A stretch of DNA of 64,000 nt. It comes from Chrysomallon squamiferum. Taxonomy: Eukaryota > Animalia > Mollusca. Both the position numbers and the translations under genes were made by a program. This document shows positions 28,301-41,370 of the stretch, in pieces; position 1 is the stretch's first letter; each line of letters opens with the position of its first letter. Location of the stretch: the NCBI GenBank assembly GCA_012295275.1, contig CM022679.1, positions 9,982,001 through 10,046,000 on the forward strand, given 5' to 3'. Under the pieces are notes generated by a model that worked only from the letters and a program-made list of their open reading frames with translations, had not been told where the DNA came from and did not search any database.

Positions 28301-31031
28301 ATTTTGAAATAATTAAGTAAAATAATTTTTAATAATATTCATTCCAGAAGTGAAAAAGAAAGATGAAGTCATTTTCAGTGAAGACGATGATCTTCTTAAT
28401 TTGGAGGAAAAAAAAGACAAACCTGAACTGAAATCGAAGCCGATGTCAAAAGATGCCGGCGATCGACCTGCTAAATCCATCTTAGACAATTTCCTGGGTA
28501 AAGGCAGTGCAGGAAGCAAGCTGTTTGAACAAAAAGAGAAAAAAGAATTTATTCTGGATAAAAAGTACACACAAACCAAAGGTAATTTAAAATTTTTTTG
28601 AGATGGATTTATTTGATCTGGGTAGATATGATATACGGTTAATAATCAGAGATTATTTCCGTGTGCTTTTGAGTGCATCATTGTCTGATAATAGTATATC
28701 AAAAGTCATTTGTTGAATGAGGTGTTTTTTTTTTAATAAATTTTTATTTTATTTAGAGTTATATTTCTTATCAATTAATATCATCCATCAGTTCATTGTA
28801 ATTTAAGTGTAACAGCAATAATATGAAAATTGACTCAGAGTAAAACATCTGACAGTATAAAAGATTTAGCAATTAATGTTTTGCTCTTACTTTTTTTGTG
28901 TTTTTATTTGTGTTTTGTTTTCTTTTTTCAAAAAATAAATGTAATGTAACATGGACTTATAAGAGTGTCACGTTTATTTCAGCAGAAAATGAAGAAGAAA
29001 ATTTTTTGTTTGGTTCCTACCAGCCATCAGTGGCTTCAGGATCACGACCCACTTCCAGAAGATCTGTTCGGTAAGTCACAGTTACACAAACTATTAACAT
29101 TCAGGTTAACAAAGACCAGTCAGAGGACTCATTTAAAAAAGATACATTCTTAAAAAATGTTTTCTTTTGTCACATCAATGTATTTTCAATTAGTTAACAA
29201 TAATAGTTTAATTATATCTCTATTTGATGCCACTTTTGTTAAATATGTATTAGGATTTCAAATAATATTTAATATAAATAAACATATACAAATTGTTTTT
29301 AATACTCTTTTTTTGAATTTACAATTCTTTTGTTCTTTATTTCTAAAAGTTTTGAAGATGAAGATGACATATTTGGTTTGGACAAACCTCCATCTAGAGG
29401 AGGGAAAAGCTCTACTAAATCGCCGACTGCTACAGATGACCTTGGGATGGCTGGAGAAGATGGCCACACCCCGATCTGGCAGCAACAAGCCAGAAAGTGC
29501 TCCAGCCACAGAGAAACCTGTGGAGACCAAACCAAAGTCCAGTGCTGCAGATTGGCTTGGATTGAAGGAATCTGAAGATGAGGAATTTTTCAGCCCAAAG
29601 AAGCCAGCCAGCCTGACTCCTGCAAGTAAACAGACTTCAGTTTTAAAGAGTGAGTCAGAAGCTTATTCTCCCTTGACAAAAAGGAAAAATGCCACACCTC
29701 CATCTAATTCACCCCCAGCTAAACCAGCACCTCCTCCAAAAGAAGATGATTACCTCCAGCTGGGCAAAGAGATTGATATGGATGAAATACTCACGTATGT
29801 TGATTATAGTTGACTTTGAGATATGAAACTAATTTATTTTGTGGGTTAAATTTAATAGTTTTAAAAATGTAAAACAAATCTTTAATTTTAAAGATGTAAA
29901 ATAAATCTTATACAGTAAGATAACTATTTAATTTTAAACAGATAAATATTTAATTTAGTACAGTGAACTTCAAAAAGATTTATAAATTGTGTCAGATTTA
30001 TATTGTGTTGCTGTCAAAATGTTTGGGAAATCCTGAATAATTTTATTTTATTTCTGAAAAAAATGCTTTCAATATTTTCTATTTTGTATGTTTGTAAAAA
30101 ATTTTTCATTTGTCAACAGCTCAAAACCTGAATCTCCAAGTTTCAAAGGGGAAAGTCCATCAGCTTTAAACAGAAACAGCAGTGGAGCGGATGATCTTTT
30201 TAAACCTCCACCAGTGAGAGCTCTGACAATGGAGTAAGTTATTTAATGACTGTAACTGATTATCCATGACAACAGAACAAGGTTGTTTGTCACCATTAAT
30301 TTAATAAATAAAAGTAAATATCTTATTTGCAGAAATTAATTTAGTAATTCAAATCAATCTTCAGGATGATGTCTCTTCAGACAGGCAAACTGGGTTTATT
30401 TTGTTTTACTATTCATATTATAAACTAAATAAATGGCCAAAATAAATTAAAGATGTTGAACTGTTAAAGATACATTTTTAAAAATTATATCAAGAAATGA
30501 GCTTAAATTTTTTTTTCTCTAATTAAGTAAAATAAAAATTTTCTTACACTTATAATTTTTTTGTTATTATTATATTTTAATGTTAGTTTTTATTACATAC
30601 ATTTATTTAGAATTTAAGGCATAAATGCAAAATCATTGATGACTACTTTCATTTTACATATTGAACTATCATTATTAGAAAATAATAATTATACAATTAA
30701 TCTTTGCAGTATAAAATCTTTAAAAATCTTATTGTTAAATTTATTTTGTAGGATGCAGCAGCCACAGGAGCGACAAAGAAACAAATCTTTCCAGGAACCT
30801 GTCACCCCACAGGGTGGAATGCCTGGTAGGTTAATTTTTATAATCTGCAATTTAAATATAATTCGGCATAAACTGATTAAATGTATCTCTGGCAGTGTGG
30901 ACAAATAACAAAAACTTCATACTGTATGATTCAAAGTAATTCTTCTATTTGTTTTTACTTATATGTCTTTGCTTATAATAAATTAAAAATATATATAAAA
31001 TGCATTTAAATCATTTGTATATATATATATG

Positions 31032-31075
<44 letters not shown>

Positions 31076-32367
31076 GAATATGCTTTAAATTTATAGCATT
31101 TTCATACAGATTTTCTAAAAATCAGGGGTCTCTTTATATTGACATTTACTGTCTTTATTATTCATTGTAGATTTTATCTGATTTACCTCCCCTGAAAATG
31201 ATGGATACTACTACTAAAAAATAATATTATTCATGGATGGCAGCCTCTGTATATTTTTTTAATCTTGTATTGAAAACTGAAAAGTAGAGATATTTAAATA
31301 AAATCTGTATAATTTGTTTAGTTATAATTATTTTTACTTTTTTTTTCTATTGATGCCCTTTTGTTTAATTATATTTTATTTATTTCATTTCATTTCAGTT
31401 TTTTTCAATTTTTTTTTTTTTTTTCATGATTCTTCATGAAAATATCTTTTTATCTCTTTTGTTTTGATATTAAACAGTACATCAGGCTCAGACAGATGTG
31501 AATTATCCAGCTGTAAGAAGTGAATCTGCAGGAACACCAGCTGAAGTAAGTTTTCAGAACAAACAAATAATAATGAATACATATTATTATGTATTTTGTG
31601 TAACAAGGTTTATAGTAATTTTTACCTTTACAAATAATGAAACTGGACATAATGCACTTAACCGAATCTGTGATATTACCTTCTAAAAAACAAATTTTTG
31701 TTTTTCTTCTGTAATATGCTGTTTCATAATATTTTAACTGTTGTTGTAGATGTGCCAATGAGATATAATAATGTTTTTATTTAACTTGTGTTTTTCCATA
31801 CTGCTGGGTATAATGGAAGATAAAGCCTACTTTAACTAATATAAACTGTAATAAACAGTGATAAAAATAAAAGAAAGTTTGAACGTTTTGTTCACATCGT
31901 AACGTATGGGATTGACTGTTCTCTGTCTTGACTAAAGTCAGTTATGAAATTAGCTACTTGTTTTCTTTACCAGTGTTAGATTTACAGATCAATAACCTAT
32001 TGCACCTTTACTTATTTATTTAGGTATCTGGAGTGACTGATAAAAAATCATCAATCCTGGAAAGCTTTCTGCAGGAACCCATGCCACAGTTTGGCTTATC
32101 CAGCAAAAAACAAATATCTTTTCAAGACCAGACTGAAATACCTACAACATCTCAACAACAGCTCCCTGTTACACCACAACTACCTCAAATGCAGCAGCAG
32201 CTAGCACAACAACATGCACTGCAACAGCAGCTACACCAACAGCAGGCAGAAGCTGACAGAATCAGGAATAACCTACAACGACAGGTGGGTTATGTTATGT
32301 GTTACTGTAATTGATTTATTAACTTGTATAATTATTCTTATTTTCCTGTCTGTTTGTCTGTCTGTCC

Positions 32368-32408
<41 letters not shown>

Positions 32409-35400
32409 ACTCATTTTTTTTCTATGATTTTCTCTAATTGTTTCTATCTTTCTTTCTCATATCTGTGTTAAAAATATTCCAGATAATTACTATAATAAGT
32501 AGAATTAAAATGCATGATTTACTGATATCCTAGCACACTAAAGCTTCTGAAATCTGTCCATGATGTGGTCTATGTTTTAAATTTTAGTTTAATAAAGTGG
32601 TTTATTTATTAAAACTTTTTTCAGTTGGCACGAGATGTGCCAGATGTTGGTTTTCAGATTCCAACCTCTTCAACTTATCAGAATCTGCCATTTAATAGTT
32701 CTACAGCTGAAGCTCAAGCATTGGTAAGTGTTTCTGTCTGTGCACGTATAAACACATTTATGTGTATGTTTAAGTATATGGATGTACAGATATTTGATAT
32801 ATGTATCCTGTCTGGATACAAAGGGGATTACATCAGAGATATTTATGGGTAGCTTTTTAGACACTTTCATAGATATACTTACATACCTGCACACATGTTT
32901 GCACACATACAGTGCTTTTTAAATATGATAAGAGCTCCTGTTTTATTTTTCATCTCTTACATTATTTATAAAGCAATTCCATTCAAATAAATCATTTTGA
33001 TAATAATTTTTCATAAATAAAATATTTATGAATTACCATACTGTGATAAAACAAATATTGATCTCAAATTAAAATGACTTGATTAAATTAGTTTGATGAA
33101 ATGTTACATAGATAAGAAAGTTGGAGATAGAGAAGAGTTATGCAGAATCTTTGTTGGAAAGTACTAGGAAACGATATGATGAAGAACTGATAGCTATAGA
33201 AAATTCTTACAAGTAAGTCTTTCTGAATTTCTCTTTTCTTTTCTTACTTTAAAAAAAAAATATTTACCATGTTTTTATTTTTTTTTATTTCTTTGACTTT
33301 TTAATCACCATATATTCCTAAAATAAAGTACTGTTTGTTTTGTAAGAGAATTAATCATATGTAGATTGTCGATAAAAGTTTTGTCACATACCTGTGAGTT
33401 CCTAAATTCTTCTTTCTTATTTCTGTTTCAGGAAAAGAATGCAGATTTTGAATGAATCCAATGACAAAAAAGAGGCCAGGTTTGGTTTATTCATTTCCTT
33501 ATATGTATTTTTTTCATCATATTCATAGATTGTGCATGTGCAAGAGAGAAAGAGAGTTTTTTTTTTTGATTTTTGTTTTTTGTGTGTATGTGTCGAATAC
33601 CTGTATTCAGATTACTATTTTTCAAATGCTATGCCCATATTTCAACATTAAATCTAAACTGATGTCATTTCTTCTAAATATTTCTCATCATATTTCTCTA
33701 ACTAATTATTTTCTGATATGTTTTACTATCATTTGGAAATTTCATTAATGTTTTTCTATGATGACATAAAAATAAAAAAAGTGTATTTCATGTTGTATTT
33801 TCAGACTGAGAGAGGAAAATGAACGTCTGATGGAAGATCACTTGTCACGTGTTCGTCAGATGGAAGAAGAGAGAGCAGAACTGAACATGCAGCACTACAG
33901 AAAACTGGAAGAAATGGAGCTGGCAAAAGCCCAGGAAATGGAAAAACTTAAAGAACAGCACAGGTACATAATCAACATAATAATCAGAATTTAGAATATT
34001 GAATGCAGATGTTATTCTACTTGATTTTTAAAATATATTGATCCTTTGTGTGTGTATCAGTCCATATTTGTTCCTCGACATATTTGGTATATTTTATGTA
34101 TCAACTGAGAAGAACTGTTTTATTTTAGATATAATCTGAAACAGCAGCACTTTTATTATTGTGTTTATAAACAGGAATAACAGTAGTTTTGTTATTTTAG
34201 ATATAAACTGATTTCAGTATTTAATGTTTTTCTCCAGATTAGCTATTCTGGAACTGAAGAGGGAACATGAAGAAGCAATTGATCGTCTGAAGAGAGCTAA
34301 AAACTTGGAGATTGATGCCGTGGCTAATGCTAATGACACTTCAAAGTAAAATCACAAGGAATATTTAAAAATTATATATTTTTACATTTGTGCATTCAGA
34401 TGAAAAATCAAAAGTTTATAAATATATAAAAATTTTGAGAATAAAAATTTAAATAACAAGTTTGATAATGAAGATGAGTGTAGTATTTTTCCAATATAAC
34501 ATATATATATATATATATATAAATATATTTATTAAAATACTTGGGTTGGTTGTGTTTATTATTAAAATATATAATATTTTTTTTTATTTATTTTTCAGAA
34601 GTTTAACTGCAGTTGTGAGTCAGATTGAATCAAATGCCCGAGATCTGAACATGTTACAACAGAAAGTTGAGAGCTGGAATCGCATGGGTCTGGACGAAAG
34701 AGAGATTAACATGAGATCAAAGGATGAACAGTTGAAAAGTGAGAATTAAATATTGCATTAATGTATTTATTTTCATTCAGACACCTTTTTGATAAACATT
34801 TAGATATTTGTAAAAGGATTTTTTTACGACACAAACAGGTATATATACCCATAAAACATTAAGTTAGTATATTAATTGAATAATTCAGAAATAGAAAAAT
34901 TAACATAATACATACCTCTGGTTTGATATATACACAGTGTTTTTGTAAAATAAGCTAAAAATAATGTACAATTTCTAATTAACAACATTAATTAATCTTT
35001 AAGAATCATGTTTTTAATCCTCTGGTAAACAATATATACAGAGTGTCTGTTTCAGTCATAGTTACAAAATCATAAGAAATCATTTTAAACAAATTTTACA
35101 ATTACAGATATATACATGGTTTCTGTAGTATTTATCAAACAAATTATAGAAATGATGGACAGATTTTGCATTTACAGAATAAATTATAAAATATTGTTTA
35201 AGTTATTAATTTATTTGTGTTTAATGGTCGGTTTGATTGTATAAAGTTATTGCTACGGCATTTATAAAACATTCTAGAAATGACTGACAGATTTTGCATT
35301 TACAAAATCAATTAATGAAAACAAAAAAATGTATTATGATTATTATTATTATTTTATTTGTGTTTAGTACTTCAAGAACGTCTTAACAGACAAGAAGCTG

Positions 35401-38400
35401 ACAATGAGAATGAGAGAAAAAGACTGGAGGATCTGATAGCTAGAATGGAAACCCAGCTTAGAGACCAGACAAGAATTCTGGATGAGGTTTCTATGATCAC
35501 ATTTTCACTTAGTGTTTGAATTTTTGTAACGAAATTAGTTTTTTCCCTTCCACAACCTTCTTTAACATTTTCAGTTGAAAATATTTAAATTTTATTAAAT
35601 TCTGAAAAAGAAAAGAGAGGAATTTATGTCTTCTTTTTTAAAAAATATTTTAATTAATTTATTTTTTATGTATTTTTAAAAAATGTTGGTGCATTTGGAA
35701 ACTGGAAATGAATGAAAACATTAAAAGTAATACTACTGACTTTTATTAATATTTAATAGATGATTATTAATTTAATGTGAACATTTTTTATTATGTTTCA
35801 GGAATGATGAAAATATGTTGTTTTATGTTAACATACTTGTCTTGCTGAAAAATAGAAATTAAAATTAATATTTAATACTCTATTGATATTCATTGATATT
35901 TAATCTGTGTACTAAATGAGCATAAAAATTAGATAAAAAAAAATTATTTTTTCATTTTCGGGAATGATAGAAATTAATGAAAATATTAAAACTGATATTT
36001 ATAGATATATAAGAAATTACTGTAAATGATGTAATTCTTTTTTTTTTTTTTTGGAGGGGGATGAATTTTGTGTCTGTTGGAAAATGTAAAGTAACAAAAA
36101 TGTTAATTAAAAGTATCAACATTTAAAAGATGAACATAAATGTAAAAACAATGACTTTGTTTTGTTTTCAGGAAAGATGGAAGCTGAAGCAGGAACAGAG
36201 TCGTGTTGAAGCATTACAGCATTCTCTGCAGGAAGAACGCCGGTCATGGATGGAGCAGCAGGCTCGAGACAAAGAGATGTTTGAAAGAACAAGAGTAAGT
36301 AAATAGTGTGTCTTTTTGAAAAAATGTTTTGTTGTCTTGCAGAACATATAATGTAGACACAGAAATACTTGAAGATTCCAGACCATTTATCCAGCTTCCA
36401 GAAAACAGTCTTGAGAAGAAATGTGATAATATGTATCGGTTAAATACAAATTCATTCTTTAGTTTCCTTTGTTTATTTTATGTCTTATGTTTTTGTTAAA
36501 TCTTGGTCCAGGAAAACTGGGTAATCAAGAAATCCGTAATATAATGACAGAAATGCTAGCAGTGAGTTAAAAGCATTAAACCATGTTGGTTTTGATTTTA
36601 ACATAAAACAGAAATCTTAATATTGTTGATTTTTATTCACTAGTTATAAAATATCTTTAATTGTTATCCTACCTGCTTTTGGAATTCTAATTATATTTTG
36701 CCTTCTATTTATTATTATTATTAATATTTTTATTTTATTTTTTGTTTGTAGGTGCATGTGTGTGTGTGTGATTTTTCTAGCATTCATTTATGTTTCACTT
36801 ATTTTTGACTATTATTATATATTTACTTCTTTATTTGTTTGTTTATTTATTTATTTTTATTTTTTAATTATTTATCTTCTTTTTATTTTTTTTATTTTGC
36901 CTCCTGTTAGCTGTCTAATCTCAAATTTAACTTGCATGTTTTAGTCCTCGTTCTTGGAAGAACAGAGATCCTCTCTTTCCCAGCTGAATGAAGAACGAAG
37001 ACTTCTGTCAGAGGAGAGAACCAAACTGAATGTAGAACAGAAGATGAGTCGAGAACTTCTACAGCAAGAAGCAATCAAATCAGCTCAAGTATGAATAACA
37101 ACATTTTTTATTATTCTTATACAGATCATTGTAAAATATAATTGTAATGTTAGCTGTAAGAAGTCACATGTTTTGAAAAACAAATTGACTTTTATCACAT
37201 ATGATATATATTGTATATTTTATATTTTATATTTATTATAATGCATTTAGTTAGAGATATTACAAATCCAGTTTTGGGGTTTGTTTTTTTATACTGATTT
37301 ATTTTACCGTATTTTATTCTTATTGTTATGTTATTATGACTATAGAATGTCACCCATTAACTAATTTTCAGTAATCAGTTATTCAGACATCAAGAGGAGA
37401 GTTATGTTAGATTTAATCAACATCTTATCAAATTGATTCTGAGTTTATCTTTAATTCCGAGTTTATCTTTAATTTCGAGTTTATCTTTAACAGAGTTTAT
37501 CTTTATTTCCATTAAACACACATTTAGACCTAACTATTATACAAGTTATAAAATTTGATAAGACATACTAACACATACATAAATACAAAATCCCTTTAAA
37601 AAAAAAACATAGCACTTGCAGTAATATAATAACAAAAAGTAAAGATAAATATAAATGATTAAATAAAACTTTACAAGTAAAGTAATCAGTGGATTTTAAA
37701 ACAAAGAGCAGTTTATATATTTTTTTAAAATTAATTTTCTCCGTTTAGGCTAAAGCTGAGTTTGAGATTCTGATGAAGGCGATAGCTGAGGAACGGGCAA
37801 AATCCATGACCAAGTTGCAGGAACTGAGGTTAGAGGAAGACAGGATTGAAGTAGAACGAAGACGCCTGGAACGAGAGAGGGAAGAAATACAGCGAGAGAA
37901 AGATCGACTCACAAACACTGCCATAGAACTAAGACAGAGGTCCACAGAGATTGATTCTTTAGCTGCAGTAAGGGTGTTTGTCTAAAAAAACTACGAAAAA
38001 TTTAATTTTCTTTTTGGTAGTTGATTTTGGTTTAGGGTTAGGGTTTGGTTTTGGTTAGGGTTAGGGTTAGGGTTTTGGGTTTTGGGTTAGAGAGTTAGGG
38101 TTAGGGTTTGGGTTTGGGTTAGAGAGTTAGGATTAGGGTTAAAAATGTGAAAAGATTTAGTTTTCAGTTATTTATAACAAAATAAATAATAAATTGAAAG
38201 ACGTTTTATTTTTTAAAGTAAGAAAAGGAAAATAATAATAAATAATAATTATAATAATAGTGGTAATAATAATTGTAATTAATAATAATAGTAAATAATA
38301 ATAATTGTAATTAATAATAATAGTAAATAATAATAATAGTAATTAATAATAAAAGTAATAATAATAAGAAGAAGAAGAAGAAATAATAGCAGTAATAATA

Positions 38401-39194
38401 ACATCATGTTTTACAGTTATCGACCAAGGCTCAGACTGATGGTGAGCGTGTTCTGGCTGAAGCTAGAAGAATTGAATCAGAACAGAATCAGCGACTCAAC
38501 GAGATCAACAAACAACTCCAGAATGCCAAAATAATGGAGGAACACATAGCCCAGGTTTGTTACAGAAGTGTTTTCTCAATTCTCAGTCATTTCTGAATAT
38601 CCACAGATCAGTGCCTTGATTCTGTAGATTTTTTGATGACTAGCAAACCAAAAAGAAAATGTTAACAGTTATATCTGTATAGACAGAGATTTAATACCAA
38701 AATGTTCTTCCTTGCATCCCATTTTATTTTATATTAATTATATAGTAGAGACAACTTCTACCAATATCTTATGATTATTAAGATGGATGTGTAAGGCTGT
38801 GAAAAATTAAGAGAAACACAGACTCAGTGTTTTTTACTGGTTACAAGAAATTTGATTAATTTTTTTTTTTTTTTTTCCATTTTCCAATTAGGAAAAGCTG
38901 AAATTATCGAAGGAGAAAAAGGCCATGGAGAATTTAAGAAATTCTTCTTTGTGTCTAAACTGTCGAAATCCTGTAACAACAGGGGGAGGTCAGGTGCTAC
39001 CAGTTTACAGTAAGCTAAAGATTTGTTGTTGTTTGTTGTTGTTGTTACTATTATTTATTATCATTATTCCAGTTATTATTATTATTATTACTGTTATTGT
39101 TGTTATTATTATTTTATTAAAATTATTTATATTTTTTTCATTTATTTATTTATTATTATTACTGTTGTTATTGTTATTATTATTTTTATTATTA

Positions 39195-39241
<47 letters not shown>

Positions 39242-39813
39242 AAACACTTTTATGTCTTATAAGTAATGAAAAAAAAAATTCTCCCATTTGATCTGATTTA
39301 ATTGTCTAAAATTATTTCTTTACCTGCTATGAATCAGAATACTTCTGTAAAAACCAAAATAACAATGGTTGTGCAGGCTGTTTTACTTAAGTCTAGTGCT
39401 AATGATTTATGAACCATTGAGATGGGTTACCTTTTAATAAATCAGAAAATACTTCATTAATTAAAATTCATCTTCAAAAACACTGCCTGAAATAAAGATT
39501 ATAAATTTACAAGAGTAATGGAAATTTCAAAAAGGTCAAACTCATATATTTTTTAAAACTATTTCGTTACTTTCATCTACAGATTTAGAAATAACTTAAT
39601 TCGCTTTCAGTGTCAAATGGTGTGAACATGCCAATGCAATCAGGTGGTTTTCAGAGTCATGTAGGGATGAATTTTTCTCTGAATGCTATTGAGACAATCA
39701 CATCATCCATCGCTGCTGACAGATCCATCAGAATGTGGAAGATACAGGCTATTAAGGTATTTGTAGTCACCTGGGTTTTATTTTATTTTATTTTATTTTA
39801 TTATTTTAGATTT

Positions 39814-39848
<35 letters not shown>

Positions 39849-40234
39849 TTTTATGCATATATCAATTAACAGTGACTGCTGAAAATAATGATAATTAATA
39901 TTATAAGTGTAACTATAATTGTTTTGGTTTTTTTTTTCTTTTAGATATCCTTTATTTCTTTTCTTTTTATTTATTTGTTTATTTCCTTATTTAATCAGAA
40001 AGAATGTTCAAGCAGAGTTAATTGAAAGCTGTAATTATATTTTATATGTAGAGCATGATCAGTAATTTGCAGCATTAGAAGTAGATTTTGCAGCGGTGCT
40101 ACTCAATTTTTAGAAAAGAAATTCTGATTCAATTTAATTTGTATTTGTTTTATTCTCAACAGGACAGAGAATACCTGGAAGAAGAAAGCATGTTTTTGGA
40201 AACACTTCGCCACACACCTTACAATGCTCCATAA
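23746..40234 (+). CDS. FBF1: Fas-binding factor 1 (centriolar distal appendage/transition fibre protein), about 31 exons and about 1310 aa; one apparent +1 frameshift in exon 13; start codon uncertain
   Basis: Exons 23746-23760, 24042-24072, 24273-24320, 24661-24698, 25140-25177, 25669-25774, 26151-26433, 26788-26886, 27352-27468, 27795-27941, 28348-28581, 28983-29070, 29350-29794, 30120-30233, 30752-30825, 31478-31545, 32024-32284, 32625-32723, 33112-33212, 33432-33479, 33805-33963, 34238-34345, 34599-34738, 35368-35486, 36172-36294, 36945-37088, 37749-37967, 38417-38554, 38892-39009, 39611-39756 and 40163-40234. Motifs FDDILGDLL, LDDMDADLFG, DEDDPLAGILS, FGSYQPSV, DWLGLK, a long coiled coil and C-terminal DREYLEEESMFLETLR match FBF1 as I recall it. 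Confidence 0.88.
25286..25400. repeat. (TG)n microsatellite
   Basis: Directly visible in FBF1 intron 5. Confidence 0.95.
37441..37504. repeat. Four-copy minisatellite, core gagtttatcttta, period about 16-18 nt
   Basis: Directly visible in the sequence. Confidence 0.9.
38025..38140 (+). repeat. Interstitial telomere-like (TTAGGG)n array with TTTGGG/TTAGAGAG variants
   Basis: Several exact TTAGGG units mixed with variants, in FBF1 intron 27. Confidence 0.9.
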
Positions 40235-40997
40235 ACTAGTCACCTACCTCCATCTGACCTGCACTCAAACTAAAACAGAACCGTAGGAAAGAGAAATCTT
40301 TACAGGCACCCTGGGAATAGAAAAAGTGAAACATTTATTTTCGTTTTTGATGTCTGTGATTTAACTTCAGCAGTTGGGGATTACTGGGGTACGTGCCTTG
40401 AATGCCAGATTTAGGGTGCTCTTCTAATGATTATATTTCTAAATCTAAAGAGTGCCAATTTTTAAAATGTATCAACGGTTGTGAAGCCTCTGTACTGAGA
40501 CTTTTATTTTTCCCAGTCTAGCCAGGATCTGAGTAAAGAGTCATTACTACGTTGGCATATTCAGGATATTCAGGATATTTAGATTATTCAAGATACTCAC
40601 GTCTATTTTTATTATGAATTTTTTTTTTTTTCAGGAATTTCTTGATCATTTGAAATCATATTCGTGTATTATACCTGCTGAGATCATCACATTTAAGTCA
40701 TATATTTGATAATGATTGAACCAAAGATACACGTGAAAGCGGGTTTGCAAAAAATGTACAAGTAGTCAGTTGGCATATAAAGAATGTAATATAGTCTGAG
40801 TTACCTCACCATGACTTGAAGCTCCTTGTCATTTAACATGTAGATTCTGAGCTCTGTTAGCTTTTTCTTCACAATTAATATATTGATATGTCTTACGGAT
40901 CTCAGATATTTTAAATTTATTGTATGTGACTCTGACTTCAAAAAAGGTTGGATATGGCCTGTTTTAACAAGTGCTGTATTTTATTCATCAGAATATG

Positions 40998-41370
40998 ATA
41001 AAGTGCACTTAAATCAATCTTCAACCATATTTTCAGGGTATAGTAAAGTTCTTTTAAAATGATCTGCTGTTTTTCCATGCGTTAGGTTTTCTGGTTTCTA
41101 TATGTATAATAAAGTGCACTTAAATAACTTAAAGTTATGTCAGGATTGGAGTTTTTTGGTTCTGTATTTTCAGTGCATTGTAAAGTTCATTTAAATCAAT
41201 TTTTTTTTTTTTAAGGTTGTTAGTTTTTTGTGTTCCATATGCATAGTAAAGTGCACATAAAGCAGTCTATTAGGCACATTTGCTGGGGTTTTTCAGTGTG
41301 TAGTAAAGTTCACTTAAATTGATCTATTTTTTTGTTCAATATGTATATAATAAAGTGCACTTGAATCAAA
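40998..41370 (+). repeat. Degenerate higher-order minisatellite (7 cores, TAAAGT(G/T)CACTTAAA-like) 3' of FBF1
   Basis: Cores at about 40998, 41041, 41108, 41179, 41244, 41301 and 41349, alternating between GTGCAC and GTTC types. Confidence 0.75.

Noticed and set aside
38925-39266. Hydrophobic poly-I/L/Y ORFs here and at 13265, 46782, 56499-57575 and 59080-59772
   Set aside because: Translations of microsatellites and AT-rich intron sequence.
40998-41370. CRISPR-like appearance (partly palindromic repeats with variable spacers)
   Set aside because: The repeats are degenerate, the spacers are related to each other and uneven in length, the context is eukaryotic and there are no cas genes.
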